From NCBI GenBank assembly GCA_035285165.1, contig JAYKHP010000007.1, positions 17,380-81,379 of the forward strand: 64,000 nucleotides of DNA. The letters are read 5' to 3'. Below, piece after piece: positions 1-8,863 of this stretch (the stretch's first letter is position 1; each line of letters opens with the position of its first letter). The stretch comes from Vampirovibrionales bacterium (GTDB lineage Bacteria > Cyanobacteriota > Vampirovibrionia > Vampirovibrionales > Vampirovibrionaceae). The translations under genes were made by a program, and so were the position numbers. The notes under the pieces were generated by a model, which was not told where the DNA came from, did no database searches, and saw only the letters and a program-made list of their open reading frames with translations.

Positions 1-853
1 TATCGTTGCTGTCTGGCAATTCAAGCAGTGTGAGCAGCACCGGCGATAATTGAAGCCTGTAGCTTTCAATTAACCCTTGATGGAATTGATTGAACCACGG
101 AATCGCCCCTGTAAGTTCCGCCAGTGAGACGAATACCCCGGGAATCAGATAGTAGGTTAGCAGGTAGGAAATAAGCAACAGGGTGAAACAACGCCCGTAA
201 TTCTCTGAAACAATGGCCTTGCTTTGTTTTAGCAGACCTATCGTTCCTTTTTGCAGCGCTTGGCTGGTTTCAGGCCCCATCGCCACAAGCTGAAAGCCCA
301 TTGAAAACCAGGTATAGGCCAGAAAAATAAGAATCTGCGCTAACAAGCTGGGGACGGCGGGCGGAAAAAAGTAAGCCAGCGGTGATACCAGAAGCGAAAA
401 AACAATGCCCGCCACAAGCTGAACAAGTACGAAACCATTCAGGTAGGCAAAAAGGGGGTTTTTACGCTCAGCCAGAATATGCTTGAAGTTTTGGCCCGGC
501 TTTAAAGGGAGCTTGCCGGAGAGCTGCTCCGCGTAGGTGAGGTTCAGGCTTGCCATGTAAACGAAAAAATGCCAGAAACCGTAGGCCATCACCGCTATCA
601 TGATAAAAGTTGCCAGCAGCTTGAGGGGGATATTTTGCATATCCGCCACGCTGAGCGCGCTGAGAAGCGCAAGGTAGCTGCCGCCATATATCATGGCAGT
701 CGCCGGTAAAATGGCGCAAATATAGGGCACGCCCGTCTTGAAAAAATCGGCGCTGGCTTTTTGGAAAATCTCAAGCGTGCCGCGTTCCCTGACAAGACCA
801 GTGGTTAAATTGCCGCTTGTAGCGTCATTCGCATGATTGAACGGTTCACTCAT
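1..853 (-). CDS. Hypothetical integral membrane protein, partial: the ATG is at 853 and the gene runs off the window start
   Basis: Manual minus-strand translation from ATG at 853-851 gives more than 280 codons without a stop (MSEPFNHANDATSGNLTTGLVRERGTLEIFQKASADFFKTGVPYICAIL...), with several hydrophobic segments. It is absent from the ORF track only because no stop lies in the window. It sits immediately downstream of lpxB. Confidence 0.5.
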   Translation of the reverse strand, partial: MSEPFNHANDATSGNLTTGLVRERGTLEIFQKASADFFKTGVPYICAILPATAMIYGGSYLALLSALSVADMQNIPLKLLATFIMIAVMAYGFWHFFVYMASLNLTYAEQLSGKLPLKPGQNFKHILAERKNPLFAYLNGFVLVQLVAGIVFSLLVSPLAYFFPPAVPSLLAQILIFLAYTWFSMGFQLVAMGPETSQALQKGTIGLLKQSKAIVSENYGRCFTLLLISYLLTYYLIPGVFVSLAELTGAIPWFNQFHQGLIESYRLQLSPVLLTLLELPDSND

Positions 854-891
854 CGTTGGTCCTCACAATAAAGGTCCTCACAAAAAGCTTT

Positions 892-2187
892 TTACTCTGG
901 AAACGCGTCCAGTAAAGCCCTGGCCACTGCCACCGAAGCGGCTTCCTGGTGGGAATTCTGCATGGTTTGCCTGATTTTTTGAAACGCTTCTTTTTGGCGC
1001 AAGTGTTCGGCGTGTGTTGGATCAAGAAGGGGAAGTATGCTGCCTGCAATGGCTTCAGGGGTCGCCCTGTCCTGCCAGAACTCTGGAACAACTGGCGGCA
1101 GGGAATTTTGCATGGCGCGGTTAATATCGGGAATACAGCATAGGATATTGGGCAGCCCGATAAACGGTAGCTGCAACAGCCTGACGGCGATTTGGTAAAT
1201 GATGGGGTGTAGTTTATAAATCAAGACCAGCGGGGTGCCATAAAAAGCCGCTTCAAGCGTGACGGTGCCCGATGCCAGAATCACGGCGTCGGCCATGCTT
1301 AAGATGGCGTGATTGGCGTTTTCAAAAACATGAAAAACAGGTTGTGATTGGCCTTGCTGGGAGCCTGACGCGGGTATTTGAGCGATAGCCTCCGCCAATT
1401 TTTTTTCAAACGCTTCGGCTTTAAAATGCGATGACCTGGCGATGACAAACTGTATTTCCGGTGATTCTGGCGGTTTTTGCGCCTGAATGAGGGCGGCCGC
1501 TTTTACCATTGGCGCCAGCAGATAATCCAGCTCAAGGTGGCGTGACCCCGGAAAGATGCCGATAATGGGCCGCTTGGGGTCTAGCGCGTTATTTTTTATG
1601 GCGTTGTTGTCTGCCGCATGTTCGGCGCTGAATGTTTGGCAGAAGGTTTCTTTGGAAACGGCGGGCGGCAACTGTGTTGAAAGTGGATGACCGACGTAGG
1701 TGACGGGAATCCCTTCTGCTTCATACAGCGCTTTTTCAAAGGGAAAAATACAGAAGACATGATCAATGTGGCGCTTTATTTTGTTTAATCGCCCCCGCCT
1801 TGTGGCCCAGACCTGTGGGGGGATAAAGTAATACAGCTTGGGGCATCGATCTTTAAAACGCTTTTTCAGCTCACTGGCCAGCCATAAGTGAAAAACACCG
1901 TAATCGATAAACAGGATGGCTTGGGGCATCCAGGTTTGGCAGTGCTTCAGGATTTTTTGCCCCAGGCGCCAGTGGTCAAACGCGCCTAAAACGCTCCCAA
2001 ATCCCACGCGGGCCATTTTGGATTGATCGCTGATAAGTGGGGTGCCCTTGGCCTGAAGGTGTGTGCCGCCGACAGCGTGGATATCGATTGACGCATTGCA
2101 AGAAGCGCGAAGCGCATCCACAATGTGGGCCGCGTGCATGTCGGCGGAAGGATCGCCGGTTAGAATCAGAAGCCGCTTCAGCGTCAT
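892..2187 (-). CDS. lpxB: Lipid-A-disaccharide synthase
   Basis: 431-aa ORF with LpxB glycosyltransferase motifs (LILTGDPSADMHAA..., GIFPGSRHLELDYLLAPM..., SGTVTLEAAFYGTPLVLIYK) and typical LpxB length. Confidence 0.9.
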   Translation of the reverse strand: MTLKRLLILTGDPSADMHAAHIVDALRASCNASIDIHAVGGTHLQAKGTPLISDQSKMARVGFGSVLGAFDHWRLGQKILKHCQTWMPQAILFIDYGVFHLWLASELKKRFKDRCPKLYYFIPPQVWATRRGRLNKIKRHIDHVFCIFPFEKALYEAEGIPVTYVGHPLSTQLPPAVSKETFCQTFSAEHAADNNAIKNNALDPKRPIIGIFPGSRHLELDYLLAPMVKAAALIQAQKPPESPEIQFVIARSSHFKAEAFEKKLAEAIAQIPASGSQQGQSQPVFHVFENANHAILSMADAVILASGTVTLEAAFYGTPLVLIYKLHPIIYQIAVRLLQLPFIGLPNILCCIPDINRAMQNSLPPVVPEFWQDRATPEAIAGSILPLLDPTHAEHLRQKEAFQKIRQTMQNSHQEAASVAVARALLDAFPE

Positions 2188-2202
2188 ACTGCGCTCTCTT
2201 TA

Positions 2203-3066
2203 TTACTTTTCAGAACCTGGATGCGACACGCTGACAATGACCATCTTGTGACGATTGGCGTATGCGATCATCGCTTCCTTTTCCAGAAACAGCGTTTCGT
2301 TGGCCTCGGTTGCCAGCGTATCTAGTCCTGCTTGTCGCATCGTTTGCAAGGTGCGAAGACCAACGGTGGGAACATCGAAGCGTTGATCCTGATCGGGTTT
2401 TGCCACTTTGACCACTACCCCGCCACGGCTTTTCTTCCACTTAAACAAGCCTGGCAAGGGAAGACGGGACTGGCCTGAAATCAGTAAACCCGAACGTTTC
2501 AGGCAGGCGTCGGTGCCTTCAATGGCTTCAACGGCAATCAACATACCGTCCTTTATCACCACTGTCTGACCCACGTCCAAGCGGCCCATTTCACGGGCGA
2601 TTGAAAACCCGTAGGCGATATCGGCCAATGCTTGTCCTTGTGGCGCTATTTTGGTCAGGCAAGCCTCTTCGGCAAAAAGATCCGTCAGGAAAAGCGACTG
2701 GGGAAGAATTTCAAACCCTTTGTCGCGAAGTTGGCTGACCAACCAGAGCATGACATCGTCATCGGTTTTCCTAAGGACGCTCCTGAACGCTTCAATCGCA
2801 AGCGTGTCCATGCGCGGGTCGCGCAGCAAAATCCATTTGTTTACTTTTCCCGCAAACACAAGGTGAGATACCTCGGCGGCTTGCAGGTGGGCCAGGTTTT
2901 GCGACAACATACCGGGAATCATTGTTACCGTCTTTTTACCGCAAGCATGCTCAAGCGCTGAGGCGTTGTTCTTGTCGATGGTGAAGGGGATGACCTCAAT
3001 CCCTGCGGCGATGGCGTTTTTTGCCGCCACGACAGGAAGTTCACCTTCTCCTGCGATAATGCCCAT
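2203..3066 (-). CDS. lpxI: UDP-2,3-diacylglucosamine pyrophosphatase LpxI (DUF1009)
   Basis: The track ORF runs to 3279, but the conserved LpxI N-terminus MGIIAGEGELPV starts at 3066. The upstream 71 codons are low-complexity and probably untranslated. The gene is adjacent to lpxB, as in lpxI-containing lineages. Confidence 0.8.
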   Translation of the reverse strand: MGIIAGEGELPVVAAKNAIAAGIEVIPFTIDKNNASALEHACGKKTVTMIPGMLSQNLAHLQAAEVSHLVFAGKVNKWILLRDPRMDTLAIEAFRSVLRKTDDDVMLWLVSQLRDKGFEILPQSLFLTDLFAEEACLTKIAPQGQALADIAYGFSIAREMGRLDVGQTVVIKDGMLIAVEAIEGTDACLKRSGLLISGQSRLPLPGLFKWKKSRGGVVVKVAKPDQDQRFDVPTVGLRTLQTMRQAGLDTLATEANETLFLEKEAMIAYANRHKMVIVSVSHPGSEK

Positions 3067-3463
3067 TCGTTTCGGTTTTTGCCAATCACCCCAATGTCTG
3101 GCCTGCCGCCCGCCAGACTGTTCGCCAGTAGCTGTAGAAAGCAAGGAGGCCGCCGAAGGGGTGCTTGTCTTCTGCTTTTGCTTCTGAGGCTTGTTTTCAA
3201 AGGGGTGCTGGTAGCGTGGCATACAAAGCGGATCCGTTAAATCGCATTCCTGTTTAGAGAGCCTATTGAGAGAGCCCATGACGAACAGAAGCTGATATTA
3301 GCATAAACTGCCCGCCACTAAGCCTCTACGCTGCAGGGTGAAAAACTTTGTGTGACGGATGGGCTTGTGTCGGCGCAGGGTGTGCCAAATGGATGAACTG
3401 GCACAAGGGGTTGCGTTTGTGCGCTTGTTTTTGGGCTATAATAGCCCTTTCGCTCTGTCGTGA

Positions 3464-3537
3464 ATGTCCGTTTCCCATCAAGCGCCCTTATTAAAGTTCT
3501 GATACAGGTTCTGAAAAGCTTAATGGGAAACGGACAT
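3464..3537. repeat. Perfect 15-bp inverted repeat (ATGTCCGTTTCCCAT / ATGGGAAACGGACAT) with a 44-nt spacer, followed by a second 8-bp-stem hairpin (3541-3576)
   Basis: Read directly from the sequence. The arms are at 3464-3478 and 3523-3537, then GCATCTGC...GCAGATGC at 3541-3548 and 3569-3576. They lie in a ~600-bp non-coding region between lpxI and the exonuclease gene, next to a TATAAT-containing palindrome GGGCTATAATAGCCC (3433-3447). Confidence 0.7.
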
Positions 3538-3682
3538 CCGGCATCTGCGGGCGATTAAACCCAATGTGGCAGATGCGGTTACGCATTGATAGGCAAGCGT
3601 CTATTTCGTTGGGGTTTCCCGTATTGACCCATTAAGGCCCCTTTCTATAAAGGGCTTTAATCACAATAAAACCTGATAAACC

Positions 3683-4807
3683 ATGACTAAAAAGGATGCC
3701 GCCGTGGAAAAATCATCCGTTCACCATCGTGATAAAGACCGTGATAAGGATCGTGATAAAGACAAGGGGGATAAATCCCAGGGTCATGACCCTATCAACC
3801 CTTTGGCCTCGTCTTCCTCCTCCCTGTTTCAGGCCGGAGGCCCCTTGATTGTCCTGGATACTGAAACAACGGGGCTGGATCACAAAACGGAAAAGCTGAT
3901 TGAAATTGCCGCCGTTAAACTGGTGGATGGGGAAGTGACCGAGACGTTCTCCTCGCTGGTCAATCCGCAAAAGCAGATTCGCCGCTCCAGCTTCATGATC
4001 CACGGCATTAGCGACGAGCAGGTGGAAGGCGCGCCGCTTATCGAGGAAGTGTTGCCGCAGTTTCTGGAGTTTGTTGGGGATTTGCCCTTTGTGGCGCATA
4101 ACGCCATTTTTGATTACAGTTTTATCAACGAGGCCTGTAAGGCGGTTAACAGCCAACGTTTCCAGAACCACCGCATTGACACCTTCGAGATGTACCGAAG
4201 CGTTTTCCCCGATGAGCCGTCTCACGGTCTTTCAGCACTGTTGGCCCGCTTTGGCTTTGACTCCGACGTCAAACACCGCGCGTTGGATGACGCCATGTGC
4301 TTGGCGAAGGTCTATCCCAGGCTTCAGATGCTTTATAACCAGAAATACGCATGGCAGTTGGCCCAACTGCCGAATATCGACTATCTCCTGGAGCGCTATT
4401 TGAGGCTGCAAAAGGCAATTCAGTCGATGCAAAGCGAAATGAGCGACCTGAAGGAAGTGTTCAAGCTGCATTTTCAGCAGGGCGGAAAGCCGGTCGGCAG
4501 TTCGTTTGGCGATACGATGATTTCGACTTATCGCCGCTCTTATGCCTATGATGATGCCCGGGTTTGGGCATTGGCGCTTGAGGCGGGGATTCAGGAGCGC
4601 CTCTTCAAGCTTAACCCGAGGGCAGCGGATAAGCTGATCGATGGCGATCGCTTGCCGTCAGAGCAGCGTGAGCAGTTGCTTGATGCGAGAATTAGCATGC
4701 ATGAAAGCCGCCAGGTATCGTTTATCAAGACGCAGACCCTGGTCAACGAGGTTAAGGAAAGCGAAGAAGAAACCTCTGAAGAAAGTGCGGAAGCCCCGTT
4801 GGCGTAA
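3683..4807 (+). CDS. DEDDh 3'-5' exonuclease (DnaQ/epsilon-like) with a low-complexity KDR-repeat N-terminus and a ~190-aa C-terminal domain of unknown function
   Basis: Exo motifs VLDTETTGL (Exo I), HNAIFDYSFI (Exo II) and HRALDDA (Exo III); 374 aa. Confidence 0.8.
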   Translation: MTKKDAAVEKSSVHHRDKDRDKDRDKDKGDKSQGHDPINPLASSSSSLFQAGGPLIVLDTETTGLDHKTEKLIEIAAVKLVDGEVTETFSSLVNPQKQIRRSSFMIHGISDEQVEGAPLIEEVLPQFLEFVGDLPFVAHNAIFDYSFINEACKAVNSQRFQNHRIDTFEMYRSVFPDEPSHGLSALLARFGFDSDVKHRALDDAMCLAKVYPRLQMLYNQKYAWQLAQLPNIDYLLERYLRLQKAIQSMQSEMSDLKEVFKLHFQQGGKPVGSSFGDTMISTYRRSYAYDDARVWALALEAGIQERLFKLNPRAADKLIDGDRLPSEQREQLLDARISMHESRQVSFIKTQTLVNEVKESEEETSEESAEAPLA

Positions 4808-4841
4808 ACGTAAAACCGTTGGCTTAAGCCGGAGGAAACTC

Positions 4842-5162
4842 ATGCCCGACAAGTCCACGTTTAAACCGTCGGCTGAGATGCCTTCTGTCGAGATGCAGAA
4901 AGTAAGTAAAGATCTCGTCCGATTTATAGTGGTTGCGGCGATTGTCGAATCGACGCTGACGGTAACGCTCGTGATGCTTTACCTTAACCACGTGATTAGC
5001 GCCGATGCTTTTCCAACTTACTTGATGATGGTGGTGATTCCGTTTTCTGTCGTGCTGTTTGCGGGGATTAACCGATTTAAGCAGAAAAGGCAAGCCTTGC
5101 TTGACAAGGCGCAATCGCAGGAACAGTCTAGCGAGTCAAAGCGCCCAAACTTGATCTCATAG
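4842..5162 (+). CDS. Small membrane protein (two predicted TM helices)
   Basis: ATG at 4842 inside the track ORF 4641-5162. The region upstream of this ATG overlaps the exonuclease gene, so the shorter start was chosen. Hydrophobic stretches are VVAAIVESTLTVTLVMLYL and LMMVVIPFSVVLFAGI. Confidence 0.4.
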   Translation: MPDKSTFKPSAEMPSVEMQKVSKDLVRFIVVAAIVESTLTVTLVMLYLNHVISADAFPTYLMMVVIPFSVVLFAGINRFKQKRQALLDKAQSQEQSSESKRPNLIS

Positions 5163-5181
5163 CAATATAACAATTATTGTT

Positions 5182-6576
5182 TTAATAGCCGACTTTTTCG
5201 TCGACCAGTTCCCCAAATTCATCAATGAGCGCTTCTTTGACCAGCGATTGCTCTTCGGCCTCTTCGGGGATGGCTGACTCGGCGGGAAGCTTGGCATCGG
5301 GGAAGAATGCCTTGTGAATCGCGCGCACGGCACTGTCGGCGGCGGATTTTTCCACCAGGCAGCTAATCTTGATTTCACTGGTGGCAATCATCTTGATGTT
5401 GATGCCCGCCGTTGAAAGCGCCTGGAAGAAATCGGCGGCAATACCCGGACGGTCAATCATCCCCGCGCCCACAATGCTCACCTTGGCGATATCATCGTCC
5501 ACCAGGACGGCTGCGGCGCCCACCTTGTTCTTAACATCTTCCAGTATGCGTTTGCCATCGGCTAAATCGGTAGAGGGAATCGTAAAAGCGATGTCGTTGG
5601 TGGTGCCGCTGTGCTCACTGCCGAGCGACTGGATGATCATATCCACACTGATATTGGCATCGGCGAGGTTCCCAAAAATATCGGCAGCAACACCGGGCTT
5701 ATCGGGAACGCCTACAATGGCAAGCCGGGCCTGGCTTTTATCGCTGGCAACGCCGGTGACGGGATTAACACGCTCTAGAAATGAATGATCAACAATCATG
5801 GTGCCGGGATCCTCTAAGTGAAACGTACTGCGCTTGCTGAGGGTGACATTACCGCGCTTGGCCAGCTCAACCGCTCTGGGGTGAAGCACTTGTGCCCCGA
5901 CGCGAGCCAACTCCATCATTTCGATGTAGGAAATCTGATCCAGCTTGACGGCTTCGGGAACCACGCGCGGGTCGGTGGAGTAGACACCGCGAACATCCGT
6001 GTAGATATCGCAGCGCTCCGCGCCCAGGGCGCCGGCCAGGGCCACGGCTGAAGTATCCGAGCCGCCACGGCCAAGCGTCGTGGTTTCGCCCAGGCTGTTC
6101 TGGCCCTGAAAACCACTGATGATGACAATCTTGCCACCATTTAACTGGTTGATGATATGCTCGGTTTTGATTTCCAGAATGCGTGCGCGGTTATAGAGGT
6201 CTTCTGTGTGAATCCCCGCCTGGGGGCCACTGAGGCCGATGGCGGGATAGCCCATCGAATTAAGCGCCATCGCCATTAATGCGGTTGTCACCATCTCGCC
6301 CGTTGCCAAAAGCGCGTCGTATTCCCGGCCCGAGGGGTTTTCGGTTAATTGATTGGCCAGATCCACGAGGTGATCGGTGGAGTGTCCCATCGCTGAAACC
6401 ACCACCGCCACATGGTAGCCCTGCTCCGCCGTGTCTGCGATAATGCGCGCCACGCGCTTGATACGCTCGGCGTCCCCCACGGAGGTGCCGCCGAATTTCT
6501 GCATAATCAGCGGTTTCTTAAGACGCGGATTTTTGGGAGCTGCGGGAACTTGGGATTGAGTCGCCGTGTTTGCCAT
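5182..6576 (-). CDS. lysC: Aspartate kinase
   Basis: MQKFGGTSVGD... kinase N-terminus, amino-acid-kinase domain and two ACT-like regions. Start placed at MANTATQ (6576), because the track ORF start at 6672 adds a non-conserved leader. Confidence 0.9.
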   Translation of the reverse strand: MANTATQSQVPAAPKNPRLKKPLIMQKFGGTSVGDAERIKRVARIIADTAEQGYHVAVVVSAMGHSTDHLVDLANQLTENPSGREYDALLATGEMVTTALMAMALNSMGYPAIGLSGPQAGIHTEDLYNRARILEIKTEHIINQLNGGKIVIISGFQGQNSLGETTTLGRGGSDTSAVALAGALGAERCDIYTDVRGVYSTDPRVVPEAVKLDQISYIEMMELARVGAQVLHPRAVELAKRGNVTLSKRSTFHLEDPGTMIVDHSFLERVNPVTGVASDKSQARLAIVGVPDKPGVAADIFGNLADANISVDMIIQSLGSEHSGTTNDIAFTIPSTDLADGKRILEDVKNKVGAAAVLVDDDIAKVSIVGAGMIDRPGIAADFFQALSTAGINIKMIATSEIKISCLVEKSAADSAVRAIHKAFFPDAKLPAESAIPEEAEEQSLVKEALIDEFGELVDEKVGY

Positions 6577-6780
6577 AGGGTGGGGACTTTCCGTAAGATA
6601 GCAATGGTATTCGAATATCTCATGCGTACCATAGCAACGACAAGCCCTGATCGCAAGTGTCAAGGCCCTCAAGTGATGAAGGCCTGCAAGTGATCAAGCC
6701 GCTATTGTGACAATGTTTGTAAACCTTGCACTGGGCAAGCGAAAATGGGCAAGAGAAAATGAAAGAGAGACGAGCAGAAA

Positions 6781-7242
6781 ATGAAAATCGTAAGGCAATT
6801 CAAACCGTCGGATGTTTATATGGGCCGCTTTGAGTATGGCAGCGATCTGATCACGTCGCTTGAGGCGTTTTGCGGCGAGCATCATATCCGCCACGCCTGG
6901 GTGCAGGTGATTGGCGCGCTGAGTAAGGCTGCGATTGGATATTACGAGCAAGCGCGACATGACAAGTCGATGCGGGATCGCTATGTCGTCAAGCAGCTCA
7001 GTGGCGAGTATGAAATCATCAGTTGCTCGGGCAACATCAGTGTCAAAGATGGCAAGCCTTTCGGCCATTTGCACATCGCGGTGTCGGACACGCAGTATCA
7101 AACCTTTTCGGGCCACCTGATGCCAGGCTCGGTCGAACTTTTCGCAGGCGAGTTTGTGATTCAGAGCTTTGAAAAAGCCGTCCCCTCAGACCCCGATCTT
7201 GACCGCTGCCCGGATGAGGTTACCGGCTTGGCGCTGTGGTAA
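6781..7242 (+). CDS. PPC/DUF296 domain protein (putative DNA-binding)
   Basis: 153 aa. The motif HLHIAVSDTQYQTFSGHLMPG matches the PPC (DUF296) family signature. Confidence 0.6.
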   Translation: MKIVRQFKPSDVYMGRFEYGSDLITSLEAFCGEHHIRHAWVQVIGALSKAAIGYYEQARHDKSMRDRYVVKQLSGEYEIISCSGNISVKDGKPFGHLHIAVSDTQYQTFSGHLMPGSVELFAGEFVIQSFEKAVPSDPDLDRCPDEVTGLALW

Positions 7243-7260
7243 TTTTTTTTGGTGTAAATT

Positions 7261-7581
7261 TTAATTTTCCCAGCCATCCCACCAATCAGCTGCTGGAGCG
7301 TTACCCCATGTGTTTGGCGTTGCGCCTTGATAGGTTGTATCGCCTGCAACGCGGCCATTGATAGAAATTCTGCCATTATAATAAAGATCGATGGTAACTG
7401 ATTTGCCTGGCCCCACGGTGCTGCCAGAATATTTCCCGTCAGGATCAAAAGTGAAATAGATATAATGGTTGTTAGCGGTTTGTCCAAACCTATAGAGTGA
7501 CTGCAGCTTTAATTTGCCACCATTGTGCATTAAGAGACAAGGCTGCAACGATATACATGTAAGACTCGTCGAATCAGGCAT
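7261..7581 (-). CDS. Hypothetical protein, possibly the detached C-terminal beta-domain of the adjacent disrupted pilin-like gene
   Basis: 106-aa ORF in the same frame as the repaired pilin-like ORF upstream, separated from it only by a TAA. It is G/T/Y-rich and beta-type (YIYFTFDPDGKYSGSTVGPGKSVTIDLYYNGRISINGR). Confidence 0.35.
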   Translation of the reverse strand: MPDSTSLTCISLQPCLLMHNGGKLKLQSLYRFGQTANNHYIYFTFDPDGKYSGSTVGPGKSVTIDLYYNGRISINGRVAGDTTYQGATPNTWGNAPAADWWDGWEN

Positions 7582-7602
7582 ATCGTCAATGAAGCCAGTG
7601 CT

Positions 7603-7877
7603 TTAGATGCGCACGTAGTTCATGTAGGGCGCCAAATCGCCGGGATTCGTATTGACCGTCAAGGGGTTATTCGCTTTGTAAGCCTCAAAAGCCCCAGAAA
7701 TCATGGCAACGGTTTCTTTGGTTGACGCATTCCACGTGGAGTTCCGCTGGCTGATTAAAACTTTGGGAATTGTATGGGAATTGTAAATGTTGCAATAACA
7801 CCTAAAAGGGCAAGCGCAATCAAAAGCTCTGCCAGGGTAAGCCCATCTGTTTGTAGAAGGTTAAACTTTTTGAGCAT
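7603..7877 (-). pseudogene. Prepilin-type (type IV pilin / pseudopilin-like) gene disrupted by a perfect 11-bp tandem duplication
   Basis: The N-terminus MLKKFNLLQTDG|LTLAELLIALALLGVIATFTIP has a prepilin cleavage/methylation motif (G, then E at +5, then a hydrophobic helix). The reading frame hits a stop after 40 codons. Deleting one copy of TGGGAATTGTA (7764-7785) restores an 88-codon ORF ending at the TAA at 7603. Confidence 0.55.
7764..7785. repeat. Perfect 11-bp tandem duplication TGGGAATTGTA x2 inside the pilin-like gene
   Basis: Read directly: cttTGGGAATTGTATGGGAATTGTAaatg. Confidence 0.9.
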
Positions 7878-7909
7878 ATTACTGCCTTAATAATCCTCTG
7901 GAACCAGTT

Positions 7910-8143
7910 TCATACTGGCAAAGCGGTTTTAATTTCCGCCGCGTGCAGCCTGCCGTCTTTCATTGCGGGCTCCAGAGCCGCCATGACGCTGCGATGCCTG
8001 TCCATCAGGTTCTGGTTTTCAAAGCTCTTTGCTTCCACATAAATCAAGAAATGATCGCTCATGCCGTTCTTGTCCGCGATATTGACGGCGGCGTCGGGGA
8101 TGGCGTTTTTGATCAAAGTTTCAATGTCTGTAATGGCAATCAT
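7910..8143 (-). CDS. BolA family protein
   Basis: 77 aa; SDHFLIYVEAKSF...DRHRSVMAAL matches the BolA signature. Confidence 0.75.
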   Translation of the reverse strand: MIAITDIETLIKNAIPDAAVNIADKNGMSDHFLIYVEAKSFENQNLMDRHRSVMAALEPAMKDGRLHAAEIKTALPV

Positions 8144-8152
8144 AGGGTTCCC

Positions 8153-8755
8153 TTACTGAATGGCGTATGCTTCGTGCGTTGTTTCAAAAGCCTTGATGGT
8201 ATCAAGATAGCTTAACGTAAAGCCGATATCATCCAAATCATCCACCAGGCATTTCTTGCGATACGGGTCAATCGAAAACGGGAAGGCGCCTTGATTGGGA
8301 ATGCTGACGGTTTGCGCGGGTAAGTCAATGCTGACGCTGAGCGTGGCGTCGGCCTCGATGTCCGAGAGGAGCTTTAAAACGACAGGTTCAGGTAATGCGA
8401 TAGGCAATAACTGATTTTTCAGGCTGTTGTTTTTGAAGATGTCGGCAAAGGAGATGGCGATCATCGCCTTGAAGCCGAAGTCTTTAATGGCCCATGGCGC
8501 ATGTTCGCGTGAACTGCCGCAGCCAAGGTTATGGGGCGCCACTAGAACTTCAGCGCCTTTATATTGCGGCTGGTTGAGCGCAAACTCAGGCCTGGGATTG
8601 CCGGAAGCGTCATAGCGCCAGTCGTGGAATAATTTATCTCCCAGGCCGACCTTGGAGGTGCCTTTCAAAAAGCGGGCGGGAATGATTTGATCGGTATCGA
8701 TGTTGTTCAGGTTCATCGGCGCGCATCGCGCGGTGAGGGTGGTAAATTTGGCCAT
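8153..8755 (-). CDS. leuD: 3-isopropylmalate dehydratase small subunit
   Basis: 200 aa; NIDTDQIIPARFLK and the LeuD/aconitase swivel domain. Adjacent to leuC. Confidence 0.9.
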   Translation of the reverse strand: MAKFTTLTARCAPMNLNNIDTDQIIPARFLKGTSKVGLGDKLFHDWRYDASGNPRPEFALNQPQYKGAEVLVAPHNLGCGSSREHAPWAIKDFGFKAMIAISFADIFKNNSLKNQLLPIALPEPVVLKLLSDIEADATLSVSIDLPAQTVSIPNQGAFPFSIDPYRKKCLVDDLDDIGFTLSYLDTIKAFETTHEAYAIQ

Positions 8756-8863
8756 AGGTAAGAGGTCCTTATTTTTTTCTTGTCATGCCTGTGCATGCAG
8801 GCATCCATCCACTCTCTAAAGTTGGTTGATGGATCCCGGCCTTCGCCGGGATGACAATGTTTA

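Noticed and set aside
2203-3279. 358-aa ORF as the full lpxI gene
   Set aside because: The first 71 codons are low-complexity and non-conserved. The canonical LpxI N-terminus MGIIAGEGELP begins at 3066, so the longer ORF is most likely an upstream in-frame artefact.
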